DNA from: Lytechinus pictus
Lineage: Eukaryota
Length of the DNA stretch: 64,000 nt
NCBI RefSeq assembly: GCF_037042905.1
Contig: NC_087262.1
Coordinates: 6,076,001 to 6,140,000, forward strand
Reading direction: 5' to 3'
The translations under genes were made by a program, and so were the position numbers. Under the pieces are notes generated by a model. The model worked only from the letters and a program-made list of their open reading frames with translations. It was not told the origin of the DNA and did no database searches. Shown in pieces: positions 25,984 to 38,959 of this stretch. Each line of letters begins with the position of its first letter. Position 1 is the stretch's first letter.

Positions 25984-28723
25984 TTATTATTACATTATTA
26001 CATTAGTGGGTCATGACATTCCCATACGGGTTCCTCCTTGGCCGAATATATTACAAATGAAGAAGTGATGGCAAGTGACGCAAGTTTATCCCGAAAGGTC
26101 TTGAAAGGCACTGGTTTCCCACATAACGAGAGAAATTTCTTCAGCTTTTGTGAATTGTCGCTATTGATATAGCCCCTGGAACCTATTTCTATAGGAAAGA
26201 AAAGCACATCGAAACCATTGGCTTCTATGTCCGAAATCATAGGTGCATATTTATTTGATTTTCGTTCATTTGCCCTGATCAGATTTGTTTCGAAAGGAAC
26301 CGTGAGTTCAATAATTGCAAGTTTCTTATCCCGTTTCCAAAATATGCACATATCTGGGATTAAGTCTGTTTGGGTGCATTCAAGAGGTACAGTAGACCGG
26401 ACAGACCGTGCGTCACCTGCGAGATCACTTTGGATGACAGGACCCGATACAGATTCACTGTGCGCATCAATACCCGACTTGGCGACCTCAACGATATGAT
26501 GTAATACATTGTTGTGGCGCCAAGTGAAACGGCCTTGTTCCAAGGCAACTGGACAATGATTAAGCACATGGTGAAGTGTTTCACGATTACAACATTTCGT
26601 GCACCTATCGCTTGACCTTTTACCCCATGTAAGCAAATTTGCCCGTGTATTCAATGAGTCCGTTAGAGCATTAAGCATAAATTTGGTTACTCTTTCGGGT
26701 AGATTGTATGCCACACTCTTCCACTGGGAATTATTGGTTTCTATACTAATTAATTCAAGGGTTTTTCCTTGCACCGCCAGGTTTCTCACATGACTTCGCC
26801 AGTATTCTGACACCCGTTGTTTACACGAGTTTTTTACTGCAAGTTTTTGTTTATTAGCTGATGTTAGATTTTGTACATGTACATCATTCCAGATCTTTTC
26901 AGACTGCACAGTAGCAGACACTTTTCTTGTCCACTTTTTCTCTCTTTCAAGTTTGGAATCCAAACACTCATTGACTTTGGAATCACTCCTTTCCCGAATG
27001 TGGACATGAGCGAGAGTGTGGCATTCAATGTACAAGTCAGAGATGGATGGAATATCCAGGCCTTCTGGCATGTGAATCATTGCCAGGGTGGCTGGGTGAG
27101 CAAGGCCAGACCACTTCTTTGCATATCTATTTGTGAGAGCATCAAGCTGCTTTAAATGTGTTTGACAAAGATCATTCACTGTGACATGGAATCTAATTGA
27201 TGGTAGAAAATATCTTGAATAGATTTCCAATTTATAGACTGGACGTACTAAGGAAGCATCTATATTACGTAATCCTGACGTTATAATTTCATTGAGGTAT
27301 TCATAAACTGACCTGGAATTATCATTATCAGTGACAAGTGACCCAAGGAACTTAAAACGGTTGTCAGTAACACTCAGTGACAAAACATTCTGGCCCTCTA
27401 TTTGAAATGAGGTAGTTTTGTTTATTACTCCACTAGAGATTGACAATGACCTACATTTCGATGGCTTTAGTTTGAGACCCAGACTAGAGACATGAGAAGT
27501 TAGAGTATTCATGATTCGTTGGTGAGACCTACTGTTAGTAGTCAATAGGCAGAAATCATCAGCGAAAAAAGTAGTCACATATTTACTTTCAGACAACGTA
27601 TAACCGAATTTGTCATTTGATTTCAAATATTCGAGAAGGGGGTTAATACACATGGTAAAAATGAGCGGTGATAGGGGATCCCCCTGAAAAATTCCTTTCC
27701 GAAATGGGAATGACTCAGTACTCCATAGTTGTGTTACTACGGTACCAGAAATAACAGAGTATAAATTGTTAATATACGCTCTTAGTTCATAGGGAAGCAA
27801 ATATTTTCTAAGGACATATTCAATCAATGTATGAGGCACTGAGCCAAATGCATCCTGTAAATCAAACCACGTAAAGTGGGCAGTTTTCTTGTTAGATTTG
27901 GCATGTTTGATTACTTCATGTACAATCATATTATGATCAACACAGCCTGAAACCCCTTTCATGAAACCTTTCTGAGTTGTAGTATCAATAAGCTCGTTTG
28001 TAGTTAAATAACTATCCAAGCGATTTACAATGATTTGGTGGAATATCTTACCAAACACACTCGAGAGTGCTATCATTCTAAAGTTCTCGGGATTATCCAC
28101 AGAATCTTTCTTGTGCAAGAGAATAACTTTTGCTTTAGTCCAAAGTGAGGGTGGGGTGGGATCAGAACTCGACAACAGCTTGCTGAATAAAGTTGCAAGA
28201 AAATGATGTACGCTTGGCAATTTTTTCAATATTCCGTAGGCTATCCCATCTGGCCCTGGTGCGGAGTTTGAGCTTTTGTGACTTAGAACCTGTTTTATGT
28301 CCTTTGGACGAATTGGCCCCATATCAAATTGGTGTTGAATCATATCGGCCGTCGGTCCCTTCCACCAGTCGAGCTTATCCGTATCGATCGGTGGGGGCTC
28401 AGCAGCATATTTAGCTGAAAAGTAGTCGTTAGCTGATTGGCGCGAAAAGGAAGGCTCAGACGCTGAAGAGTACAGGGTGTCGTTGACGACGTTTTTACTG
28501 AAAGACCAAAAGTTTTTCCGAAATTTACTTTCCTCATATTTTGTCGATCGACGCTGCTCATTAGCTTTTTGTTCTTTCCTCAACGCGTACAACAATGAAA
28601 GCAATGCGATGCGCAGCATAGATCACAATTACGCTCCATGATGTCATAATGAACTACCTGAAAGTCGCATGTCAACGACCAAAATTGATCCTATGAAGTG
28701 ATAATGCCCTAATAATGTAATAA
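25984..28723 (-). mobile_element. HERO-like REL non-LTR retrotransposon insertion in a PSD intron (approximate boundaries)
   Basis: The ORF above, bounded by a TAA-rich 14-bp inverted pair (25987..26000 / 28710..28723). No clear TSD. Confidence 0.75.
25998..28619 (-). CDS. Non-LTR retrotransposon protein (RT + CCHC knuckle + PD-(D/E)xK restriction-like endonuclease), R2 superfamily, HERO-like; N-terminally truncated
   Basis: 873-aa open frame. RT motifs APGPDG, FRMIAL, QKGF, FDLQDAFGSV, GIFQGDPLSP, FADD, FKFLG. Then CTKC..ETLHHVLNHC, RHN, PD..IIELTVPFE..K..KY, IEIGSRG. No N-terminal zinc finger or APE domain. Confidence 0.93.
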   Translation of the reverse strand: MLRIALLSLLYALRKEQKANEQRRSTKYEESKFRKNFWSFSKNVVNDTLYSSASEPSFSRQSANDYFSAKYAAEPPPIDTDKLDWWKGPTADMIQHQFDMGPIRPKDIKQVLSHKSSNSAPGPDGIAYGILKKLPSVHHFLATLFSKLLSSSDPTPPSLWTKAKVILLHKKDSVDNPENFRMIALSSVFGKIFHQIIVNRLDSYLTTNELIDTTTQKGFMKGVSGCVDHNMIVHEVIKHAKSNKKTAHFTWFDLQDAFGSVPHTLIEYVLRKYLLPYELRAYINNLYSVISGTVVTQLWSTESFPFRKGIFQGDPLSPLIFTMCINPLLEYLKSNDKFGYTLSESKYVTTFFADDFCLLTTNSRSHQRIMNTLTSHVSSLGLKLKPSKCRSLSISSGVINKTTSFQIEGQNVLSLSVTDNRFKFLGSLVTDNDNSRSVYEYLNEIITSGLRNIDASLVRPVYKLEIYSRYFLPSIRFHVTVNDLCQTHLKQLDALTNRYAKKWSGLAHPATLAMIHMPEGLDIPSISDLYIECHTLAHVHIRERSDSKVNECLDSKLEREKKWTRKVSATVQSEKIWNDVHVQNLTSANKQKLAVKNSCKQRVSEYWRSHVRNLAVQGKTLELISIETNNSQWKSVAYNLPERVTKFMLNALTDSLNTRANLLTWGKRSSDRCTKCCNRETLHHVLNHCPVALEQGRFTWRHNNVLHHIVEVAKSGIDAHSESVSGPVIQSDLAGDARSVRSTVPLECTQTDLIPDMCIFWKRDKKLAIIELTVPFETNLIRANERKSNKYAPMISDIEANGFDVLFFPIEIGSRGYINSDNSQKLKKFLSLCGKPVPFKTFRDKLASLAITSSFVIYSAKEEPVWECHDPLM

Positions 28724-28787
28724 GTGATGACTTGTTAAATTTAATTCTCCTTTTTTGGGGGAAGGGGTGCGATAGATGATGATATTT

Positions 28788-28925
28788 ATATTGGATGGCT
28801 TTATTTCATGAAATACCAGAAATATTCCACTTGTTAGGGCCAATATTCCACGAATCGCAGATGAGTGGAATATTTGCCCAAACTCTTGGAATATTTCTGG
28901 TATTCCATTCTGAGCCATCCAATAT
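28788..28925. mobile_element. Short palindromic MITE
   Basis: atattggatggct ... agccatccaatat, with internal gaaatattcc/ggaatatttc inverted arms. Confidence 0.6.
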
Positions 28926-30028
28926 ATTGCTATACATTATTGCATTTCACATCCTTTACATATACAGGTATATTGCCATTTGACAATGACCACATGTAAT
29001 AATCATATATAAGTTTCAAACATAAGTGAGCTGCCAATTTCATCAAATAAACATACCGTACCAGCAAGTTTCCGATTTGATGTGATTGCATTTGCACAAG
29101 ATTGGAAATAAGTATTGATTCCAAAGACCTACATACCAACATTGCATCTTTACATTTTGTTTGCAAAATGGGTTGGTGGTGAGGGATCTGTTCTGGCTGC
29201 ACAGAAACGTTGTTAGCGCTATACAGAGCACTAACAGTAGGCCCCGTCACATCTTTCGGATTGTGTTGTCAGACGTTGATCCAAGATGAAAATAACGGGT
29301 TGTTGTGACATTAGGCATCGCTGTGACATTACCGCTTGTTCTGTTAGCGTAGTGTACTGGTAGCCCTAAGGTTTCTGTGTGGCCAGTATTGATATTGTCT
29401 GAATATATTGATATAGTCTGAAGCAATCAATATTGCAAGATAACCTCAAAAACATCCATAGGAGAAAAAAAATTATCTGTATTCTGACACATTATAGTCA
29501 CTGGAATGGGAGTTATGGGGTGAGAACCTGTGTCTTTTAAGTACAAATCATGTTATGTAGTAAGTACTAAAGCATCTATGGCAGTAACTTTCCCTTCATG
29601 CAACATGGTTTTTTCTATGATGAAATACAAGGATTGGTGATGCTTGCAGGATTCTGGCTGGAAAGGCTGAACCCCCCCCCCCCCAAAAAAAAAAAAGTTC
29701 CATGATCACGAAAAAAAAATAAAAACGGAGGGAAAAAAAGAGGTTTATAGTTATATCATGTGAAACTCTATTACAGAATTAGATTTTCATTAAAAAAGAT
29801 GGCCAAAATTGTTGCCTGCTTGTGACTTTATCTTTTCACACATTCACCATGTTGTGCACACCCCCGTCAATTTTGGGGCTCTTTACGCCATTGGCTCTGA
29901 TTTTTGTTAAAATGCCCTATCAAAATCAACTTTATGTCAAGGTGGAGTCCCCCTTCAAAGAATAGCCATAAGCCCCATGCATGCATATGTGAACTGCCCC
30001 TGTTGGCAGCACGAAGACAAATGTTTAC

Positions 30029-30259
30029 CTGAACTAATGGGTTTCCACTCAGAGTTCCGTTCCGGGAAGGTTTCTTAGACCCTTTACCCGTACTCGAGCC
30101 GTCGCTCCCATCATCCTCCTCGTCCACGATCCATTCCAGGGGCTGCGCCTTGATGGCATTGTACAGAGCTTTGAGGGCGCTGCGAGGAAAGCTCGAACCG
30201 TCGTTCATTCCGTCCAGGTTTGTGACAAAGGCATTCAGGGACATCTTCTTTCCAATATT
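30029..30259 (-). CDS. PSD: PSD/EFA6 exon, end of Sec7 and linker ([15 protein letters not shown]...[12 protein letters not shown]...NPLVQ)
   Basis: Acceptor ctcttacacag|AAT, donor CAG|gtaaac, phase 0/0. Continues LHGQ-NIGKKM as in PSD proteins. Confidence 0.95.
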
Positions 30260-30975
30260 CTGTGTAAGAGAAAGAAAAGATAATAATTATCAATACCCTT
30301 ACTTATGTACTAGACAAATATAAGATGCAGCACATGCCCTAGCAGAGTAGTTGGTAGATACACACTTCTGCCTTTCAAGGAATGAATTTCTGTGCTTACA
30401 TGTATAAGAAATGGAGACAAATAGAAGTGATATGACAACACTGATACATTTACGTAAGAAAGATGAAATTGATTTTAGAATGTGATTGATCTTAAAAAAG
30501 ATGAAATAAGTTTTAAAATGTGATTGATCTTAAAAAGATGATATTAATTTGAAAATGTTTCTGTTTATGGTAACTCCTGTAGGAACTTGGCAGTACAGCT
30601 GGTAAATGCCAAGCTGGTATATAACCAATTACCTATAGAAAACAGTTTGAAAATGTGATTGGTCTTGATAAAAAGCTTTTAACTGTTAGTAAATTAAACC
30701 GCCCCCCCCCTCCCCTCTCTGATGATTTCTTGAGGTGGTGTTTATATTGTAAGCATGTCAAGTGTTTAATGTTCTCATCATAAAATGATTGGAACAATTT
30801 GTGTGGAAAATAGGATAAATATTGATCCAAATGTGGATGTATGATGATTAGTCTGCCAGCACAGACCCTTGGTTTTCGCAGTTCGCATAGTGCATAATGC
30901 AGAGTCTGAATAAGTGAGACTAGATTCTCTATGTACTGTGGCTGCAGGGCTCTACCAATCTCGTTTGACACAGAA

Positions 30976-31374
30976 GGGCCGTCTGCACCATCCCGAGTTT
31001 TCAAATTATCGCGCTATTTCTGATCCGGCAAATAATCCCGATCTGAACAATCTCGAGATTATTTGTAATGGAGACGCAATTATCGCACTAGTTCGTAGGA
31101 TTAATCTCGAGATTGCAATCCCAAGTCAACTTGGAAATATTTGCAAAATAGCGCGCTAATTCGCAGGTGCAGACGCACTCGGGATTATTTATTCACGGCA
31201 TCAGACCATAGGTCTATGGTCAGACCATAATGCATCGATGCCTCGCTCGAGCAGGAATTACTCTTCTTGCGATGGTGGAGACGGGGTTTCTTGAAGCTCG
31301 AGATTAATCGCGAAGAGGGCCGATCGGGCTAAAATCTCGAGATTGAGCAAACTCGGGATGGTGCAGCACCGCCC
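30976..31374. mobile_element. MITE family A copy (opposite orientation)
   Basis: gggccgtctgcaccatcccgag ... ctcgggatggtgcagcaccgccc. Confidence 0.8.
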
Positions 31375-32029
31375 AGACAGAGTCTCTGGAGTCTAGTCTT
31401 TACTCTAGACCTGTTATTGGTTGAAATGTCAAATATGAGTCTGTGCTTCAAGACTACATGATGATGGTGGTGCAGCGGTTGTGGCTCTCCATGTAATCAG
31501 AGGATCGTGTGTTCAAATCTTACCACAGCCAAGCGTCCCTTGGGAAGGTGTGGAAAAGTTGCGTGGTGTAAGGAAAATGTGTATGAAAAGTTGAATTTTT
31601 ATTATATTGTTATTACCTATTCATGTGATAATGCATTAAGACTTACTGATAAAACTATGTTTGCATCAAAATGCATTTCACAATTTAACTTTTGATCCAA
31701 TTGGTCAGCGCTCCATATCATTACCATTCAATAAACAATAAAAAAGAGCACAAGGTGTTTTGAACTGAATAGGTTTTAAAAAGCCTTAACATTTTGTATG
31801 CAAAATCTTTAATATATACATATAAACGCATCCCTTTAAAAAGAATCACTTCAAGCTTTAATAGCTCTCTGTCAAGAGATCATAACCTGTCTGAACTATT
31901 TCACAAGGAATAGCAATCGAGCTTTCAGAACTTGACTTCAACTCAAGGGCACTTTTTCTCGTGGCCCTTGCTTCCCACCCAAAATGGAGATACCATTCAA
32001 GAGTTCAATATGCAGGCCTATATCTCTTG

Positions 32030-32431
32030 GACATCGTTCTCATTATACTTTCTAACACTGGTTTACTGAAAACCAGTTTGGATGAACGCTTTGCTCGCGT
32101 TCCCATTTGATCACCCGAAAGTGGTTTTCAAAACTACTTCACGTAAAGCAGTCTTGTTGCTATGGGATTTGAAACCGCAGCTTAGGCATTCCACACACAG
32201 TGTGTGGAGTAGCGCGCTCGAAATGTGCAAAGATCGCTTCCCAAAGAAAGATTGTGTCCTCACTTACACTAACCAGGTTAACGAGGCAAAGCGATCTTCA
32301 AAACTACATCCCCAGGAGGTTTTCTGAACCGGTTTGGAAGATCGCTTCCAAGACCGCTTCGATCGTTCTCATTACACGTTAAACTAGTATCCAGTAAACT
32401 AGTTTTAGGACAGTATAGTGAGAACGGTGTC
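32030..32431. mobile_element. MITE family G (TIR ..CGTTCTCA.TAC)
   Basis: gacatcgttctcattata ... tatagtgagaacggtgtc; longer copy at 48502..48950. Confidence 0.75.
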
Positions 32432-32944
32432 AAAGATAGACTGTATAGTGAGTGGTTGTATTACCGAACGCACGCAATTACGCATCAGAAAATTGCAATA
32501 CGCTTACAAATTTGCAATATCCTTCCAAAGGGAAATTATAATACAAAGATGATTAAAAATTGCTTTAAAAGTCTTTTTCTCAAAACAACAAAATATGGTC
32601 AAAATAGCTGATCAGTGATTTTGTGAATTTTCCAACTATTCCCACAGAAAACAAATGTTTGGTCAAATGACACCAATTTTCAAGTGACCAAAATATTTCA
32701 CATGCCAAGATGGATGCGATCAGCAGCTGATATTGTAAAAAAGAAAACTGATCTTGGCAAAAATTTTATATTTCTATTTTTTTTTGGAATTTGTTGTGTA
32801 TATTCATAGTGGAAGTTTGATGAATTTTAAGAAAATTTTGGGTTTGATATGATTGAATTTATGAAAAGAGTTCGGTAATATGATCCAATAACATGTACAT
32901 TGTATCAAGAAGAACTGTATAGTCTGATTCTGTCCCACCTTCAG

Positions 32945-33229
32945 CCCGCCCCGTCTTACAAAGAGTTGCGATTGCTCCAATCAACCACATCTATGGAAAG
33001 CCAACATCGTCAACATCTAAAATGCAGGCTTGTTTAACATATAAGTACTCTAGATATGATGTATAATCCAGGATACATACATTCATTGTTTTCTTGAAAA
33101 TTCAGTGTGCTTCTCTTTGTTCACAAAGGACATCGTGTAAATTTGCTGTAGAAGAAATTATGATACTGATGGATTTCCATATAGTTGAGGTCGATCGGGT
33201 CAGTCGTAACTCTTTGTAAGACGGGGGCC
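32945..33229. mobile_element. MITE family C copy
   Basis: Colinear with 8277..8546; CAG/CTG flanks. Confidence 0.75.
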
Positions 33230-36142
33230 CTGGGCACATCCAGCAAAAATACAAATATGGGGGCATAGGATGATTTAGCCCACAGAAGGTACAAAGTCCC
33301 CCCCAAAAAAAAAAAAAAAAAAAAAAAAACTATTTGGTTGAATAAAAATGTTAAAGTTTGAAATTTAAAAAAATGGGTCCATCAAAAAAATATTGACCCC
33401 CCCCCCAAATTTAATCTACTATTGTCTAATGTATTATTGGACTGACCCCCTAGAGTATATATATAAAACATCTTTATTTCACAATCAAATAGAGAAGGTA
33501 CAATTTACCCAGGTCCTTTACCAGTGATGATGGGACAAACTCCCCTTCACTAGCAATAGGCAGGGTTATATAATAATACATGCATAATATAAACAGATAA
33601 ACAAAATGAGTATTGATAAATTCATAAGTTACAATACATCGGAGACAAAGTTTACACTACAAAAAACATAATATTAAAATATACATGACTAAATGGAATG
33701 AAGTATGCGGAAAGAGACATATGAAAGAAAAAGGTGATATGAAAGAGATGGAGAGAGCCTGGGTCAGATAGTAGCAAGTTAGCAACAAAAGAGAAACCAT
33801 CACTTTGTGATAGAGATATATGTTCATAAATACATGTTGGCATCGCCACAACAGGGGAGAAATTATCATTTATAATCAAAAATAAGATTCATAATAAGAT
33901 TATTAAGTACAAACAACATAGAGGAAATCAGTATCATACCAACAACTCACAGTGAGTCATGTTTACGTTTATTTCCTTTTCAAGCAGAAGTGGATGAGTG
34001 GTCTATTTTGAGTTTCGTTATTATCAAAAGTCCCTCCATATTTGGCTCTTATCCATGAAAATAAATCAATTTGAATAGTTTCGCAATATTGATTTATCCT
34101 TTGTTTCCATCAAAGACTTTAAGCTTTATGACAAGAAACAGCAATATACAATATCGAAATGTCTACTTTTCTAAAATTTAAATGATTGTTTCACAAGAAT
34201 CACAACTGACCGCTTCATACGAAGGTTCAGACCAAAAAGAAAAAAAAATCATTCAAAAATTGTATCAGAAGCGCTTTGCCATCTTCGCAATTGCCGCTGC
34301 TGTCAGAAAAATGGCACCTACATGTAATAATAGTCTCACCGTGCTGTACAGGCGAGACAAAAAATTAAATTCGAATACAATTATTTTCTGACTAAAATGT
34401 CCACGATGAGAGTCAGATGGTATTTCATCTAATTAGAGATCACATAGACTTTTTACTCATCTCATATTTCACACTTATTAACCCTTTGAACACTGTTGTT
34501 GCAATTTTGCACGTTCGTATAACTACATTCAACAATCGTAATAATTAGTTTTCTCCCCTAACTTCATATAAGAAAAGCTAATAAATGGCAAGGGTTCTTG
34601 GACATATATTAATCAGTATCAATGGTTCAAATTGGAAATCTTGATTCAAAGAAAATAACATGGAAACAATTGTCATTATTCCCCCAAAATTAATTCAGAG
34701 TGCAAAGAGTTAAAAAAAATAAAGTAAAAGGAGCTCTGAAAAAGCACAGCTGAATATATTCATATCTAAAGGCTGCGCAATACAAATACATGTATTTTAC
34801 TATTATCTATTATCTTTCGAATGATTCTTTGGAATTGCAGAGGCACAAACGTATGATTCCCTTGTTTTTTAGTTCTTAAATCTTTCTCCTCACTCAATAG
34901 GAGACATAAAACAGAAGATTTTAGTTTGATTCATTTCTTGAAGCACAAACCAGCTATAAATCTGCATTTGAATCGAATAAAATAGGGCAGGAATACAAGT
35001 GGGAAAAGTGTAACCTTGAAATGTGATGGCTAAAGCAACACAATTCACACTGTGACATTTCATCGACATCAACAAACAAACCATGGATGGGAGAAACGTA
35101 CACCAAGGTGTTTCGAGGTCTTTTAAACTGTATGCCATTGTCAAGGTGATCTTAAGTCATTTGAAGCACTGTCATGCATTTTTCTGGTTTTTTAATGCAA
35201 TTTCATATTTTTTGAGAATTTTAAAAGCCTATGTATCAGGAAAAATATGATTCATAGTACCAAATTGTAATTATTTCCAGTTTTTAATGCACTGTCATAT
35301 TTTGGGAGAATCGTGAAACATACATGTAATCAGGAAACATATTATTCATATCATTGAACCTTTACCTAAACCTGTTATATAGCTCACAATAGCAGATGGT
35401 TGGTTTCACAATTTGGGATAACATAATTAGAAATTCATGAAAGATAAGTGTCTATTCCTTTGCCAAAGCTGTATCATATATGTGTCAAAAGTGAACTCTC
35501 ACACAAATTGTAAATGTGAATCAAAATTGCATATGGTTAGTTTCACATTTTTCTATCAATTTAAGAAATACTAGTTGTTTGAAAGAAACTTGTGTCTATT
35601 TTTAACATTCAGCAATTCAAAGAAAAAACAAAAAATTTGGTTTTATTGAGCAAAGAAACTGAAATGTTTTCTAGCTGGCTATCTGCGGGGATTACTTGAT
35701 ATTTCGCACTTGATGGTGATGTATTCAGGCTTGACATATGCATTTTGAAAGGCTATTACATACATTGTCTATCAATACTAGTAATCAATAACATATAGTT
35801 TTGTGGGGGTGTAGGCTTGGTTTTAGATTACTTCATTAGGCATTCAAATTCAGGAAATGCACTACTCTTCATCGATCTCTTTAAAAGCTCTTTTGGTTTG
35901 GTTTGAGGATCTCTTGCGATTAACGAGATCACAAGTTCACCCACGATTACTGTCCACCTCAGGGTTTATGCAAAAACCAAAGACAACTGCAATCGCTCAC
36001 ATGACACAATGTCAAATCTATCAGTACTTTCAGGAAAAATCATTGAAGGAGTTTGAAAACATGTGTTTGTATAATCATGAATATAGAATGTGATAGTAGC
36101 AGAATTAGGATCTAAGCTTTGCATTATTTTCAACATTAAAGG

Positions 36143-36402
36143 CTGTCTATTAATCTTCCCATCGATCATAAAAACATTATTGAATATATTACAAAATGTT
36201 ACAATACTGTCTATTAATCTTCCTATCGATCATAAAAACATTATTATATATATTACAAAATGTTACAATGCTGTCTATTAATCTTCCTATCGATCATAAA
36301 AACATTATTATATATATTACAAAATGTTACAATACTGTCTATTAATCTTCCTATCGATCATAAAAATATTATTATATATATATATATATATATATTACAA
36401 AA
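36143..36402. repeat. 64-bp minisatellite, 4 copies
   Basis: ctgtctattaatcttcc starts at 36143, 36207, 36271 and 36335. Confidence 0.9.
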
Positions 36403-38959
36403 TCTAATCAATTAAAGGCAGCAAATAACTTTTTCTGGTCACGAAATCAAAACCCCTGACTTAGCTCCCAATTCAATCATAATTATTGTGATCCTTAAGG
36501 TCAAACAGGAATGTCCAGAGATTTAAAAGTGAAGCGGTCTGTCATTCATTGTAATATTTTTTTTAAGGGTACCACCATATCATTATGAATTCTTCTAGCA
36601 GGCATGATGGTCTCCATGGCCTATAAAGAGTACTGAAGTGATGAAGTAAAAAAAAACCTTTTTTTGCATTTCAGTGTTTTCTATACCATACTTCGGCAGG
36701 GCATGATGAAAAACACCCACTACCCAAATTTGGTGGGAATCGATCCATGGGGGCCTTATATATGACCTCATGAATACATAATTAGCCCCACTGAAGTATT
36801 AAAGTGTATGCCTGATGCGGTCCCTCAGAGGCACCTACTGGTGTTTCTACATGTAGATATATGTCATATGTTGATTATTGTATTATATTCTAAGATTGTC
36901 TTTTTTTTCTTCTTCTTCTTCTGTATTGAATTTTATTGTCCTGCATTTTCTCATTAGAGGGAAGTGTCCTGGGTGTATATTGTATTCCTTTAATGTGCAG
37001 ATTTGCAAATAAAGTGATATTTCACAACTTGGCCTGGTTCCTAACATTTAGAGCCATTTAGAACATTTAATAATACATTTTTCTCCAAGCCCTATACATG
37101 AAACAAATAGCTCCTAAATTCAATAATCATCCTGACGTGAGCAAAAAAAAGCCATAAGAAAAAAAATCCTAACCCGCTATTCAGTACCCACCATAGATTT
37201 CCCAAGCCCCTTTAACAATCATCTCAGCTCTCAGCTGATTTCCTATACATAAATTATTAACGATCAGCTGTGCTAATTAGCCAGACCACCGTTCAACCTC
37301 AATCAGCCAGTTGGGCACACGCTTCGGTGACAGCACGCTCGCTCTGGCAAAGTTCGCTTGCCGGGGAAGTATTCCTCCCCTAGAGGAAAGGGGATTTCAT
37401 TAGATTATAAGACAGGCAAATTAAACTATATTTAGCTCCCATTACCACACAAACATTGGGTCCTAAACACACATACAAACAATGTGCGTGGACACACAAT
37501 GTGAACATGATAACATTGGCTATAAGAGTAGGAAAAAACATTTTATCACTCTTTGTCAATTTGAAATATTGCAAAAAAAACATCCACCCAGATCCATTTG
37601 ATTTAATTTGGGGTTTTAGAGTGATAAAACTGTGGTATAATGCTGTTTTTAACATTGTAGGAATAAAGAGCAAAAATGTGAAACAAAGTAAATTATTTTC
37701 TATCCTACATGTGGACAGACATCATTTTTGTTTTGCCCAAATTTTGCTCAAGATATATAAGAATCATTTTAAAGATCTGTATTGGGGCCTTGGGGGCTTT
37801 AGATAGTAATTAAGTTTAAGCCCAATGCCCCCAATATAGATCTTTAAAATGATTCATGTATTTTTCCTGACAGAAATTGAATGAGAATAAGACCATGGTA
37901 AATAATACAAATATATCATTTTAAAGATCTATATTGGGGGCATTTGGCTTAAATTTTATCACTATCTACTTCAGATGTAGACATACTGTACTTTTTACAA
38001 CAAAATAGTTAATTCTCTACATGTATAGTTCTCTCTAAGGAAGGGTAAGAATTACTTACTCTACAAGGCCAGTGTGGGCATTTGGCTTTAACATATTTTT
38101 TTTTTGGGGGAGGGGGGATATTACTATCTTACATAGATGTAGACATAGTAATGTACATTTTACTACAATTTCATTCTTATTGCATGCACTTTACATATAT
38201 GGTAAGAAATAATCATTTCAAAGGGCTAAATTGGGGTCCTTTGGATAATTATATACTGCCGGGAGTTACTCTTTAGGCACTACATGAACATGTATGTATA
38301 TGAATATGTTGCACATCGCATTATTCAGTATGCAATGCAAGCATATCAATATATGGTACAGATGCAACGAATAGCAATATAAATCAACCACTGAAAAAAT
38401 ACTGTCGATATTGACATTCTAAGATGAGCAAATATAATTTTCTTAAAATATCTAAAAAGGATGCAACAAGAATCGTCCATTAATTTTGTAATAATGCAAT
38501 TACATATAATTGAATAGTTTTCCTTAGCACCACCCCCAAAAGGCCAAAACAGAAGAAAAATAACGGAGAGAGAAAATAAAAGTTGATTAGATTCTTATTG
38601 AGCACAATCAAAGTTGATTACTACATGTAGCCCTGTAAAAAAATGAAAATAAAATGGCATTTAAATGGAAATGGAAAACATACTAATTTCCTTATATCAT
38701 TACCAATATACCCCCCATGTATCTTTACGACCTGATAAATAGATCCTACATGTATACCTGATTTCATATATTTTACGACAAGCGAATTTGAACAGTCAAT
38801 CAACTATCCAGTTTCATAAACCATAAATCAATGTAAAGGATATAGATGTTTGTGGTACAAGCATAAAAAAGAGACATTCAATCCATGCAGTGTGAGCATA
38901 GATGGGTCAATGAAAGACATACCTATATGGATTTGAATAATGGAAAAAACTGTCTCATA

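Noticed and set aside
25925-28745. Target-site duplication for the REL element (aataagt..ttgttaaa on both sides)
   Set aside because: The similarity is only patchy and AT-rich, not an exact direct repeat.
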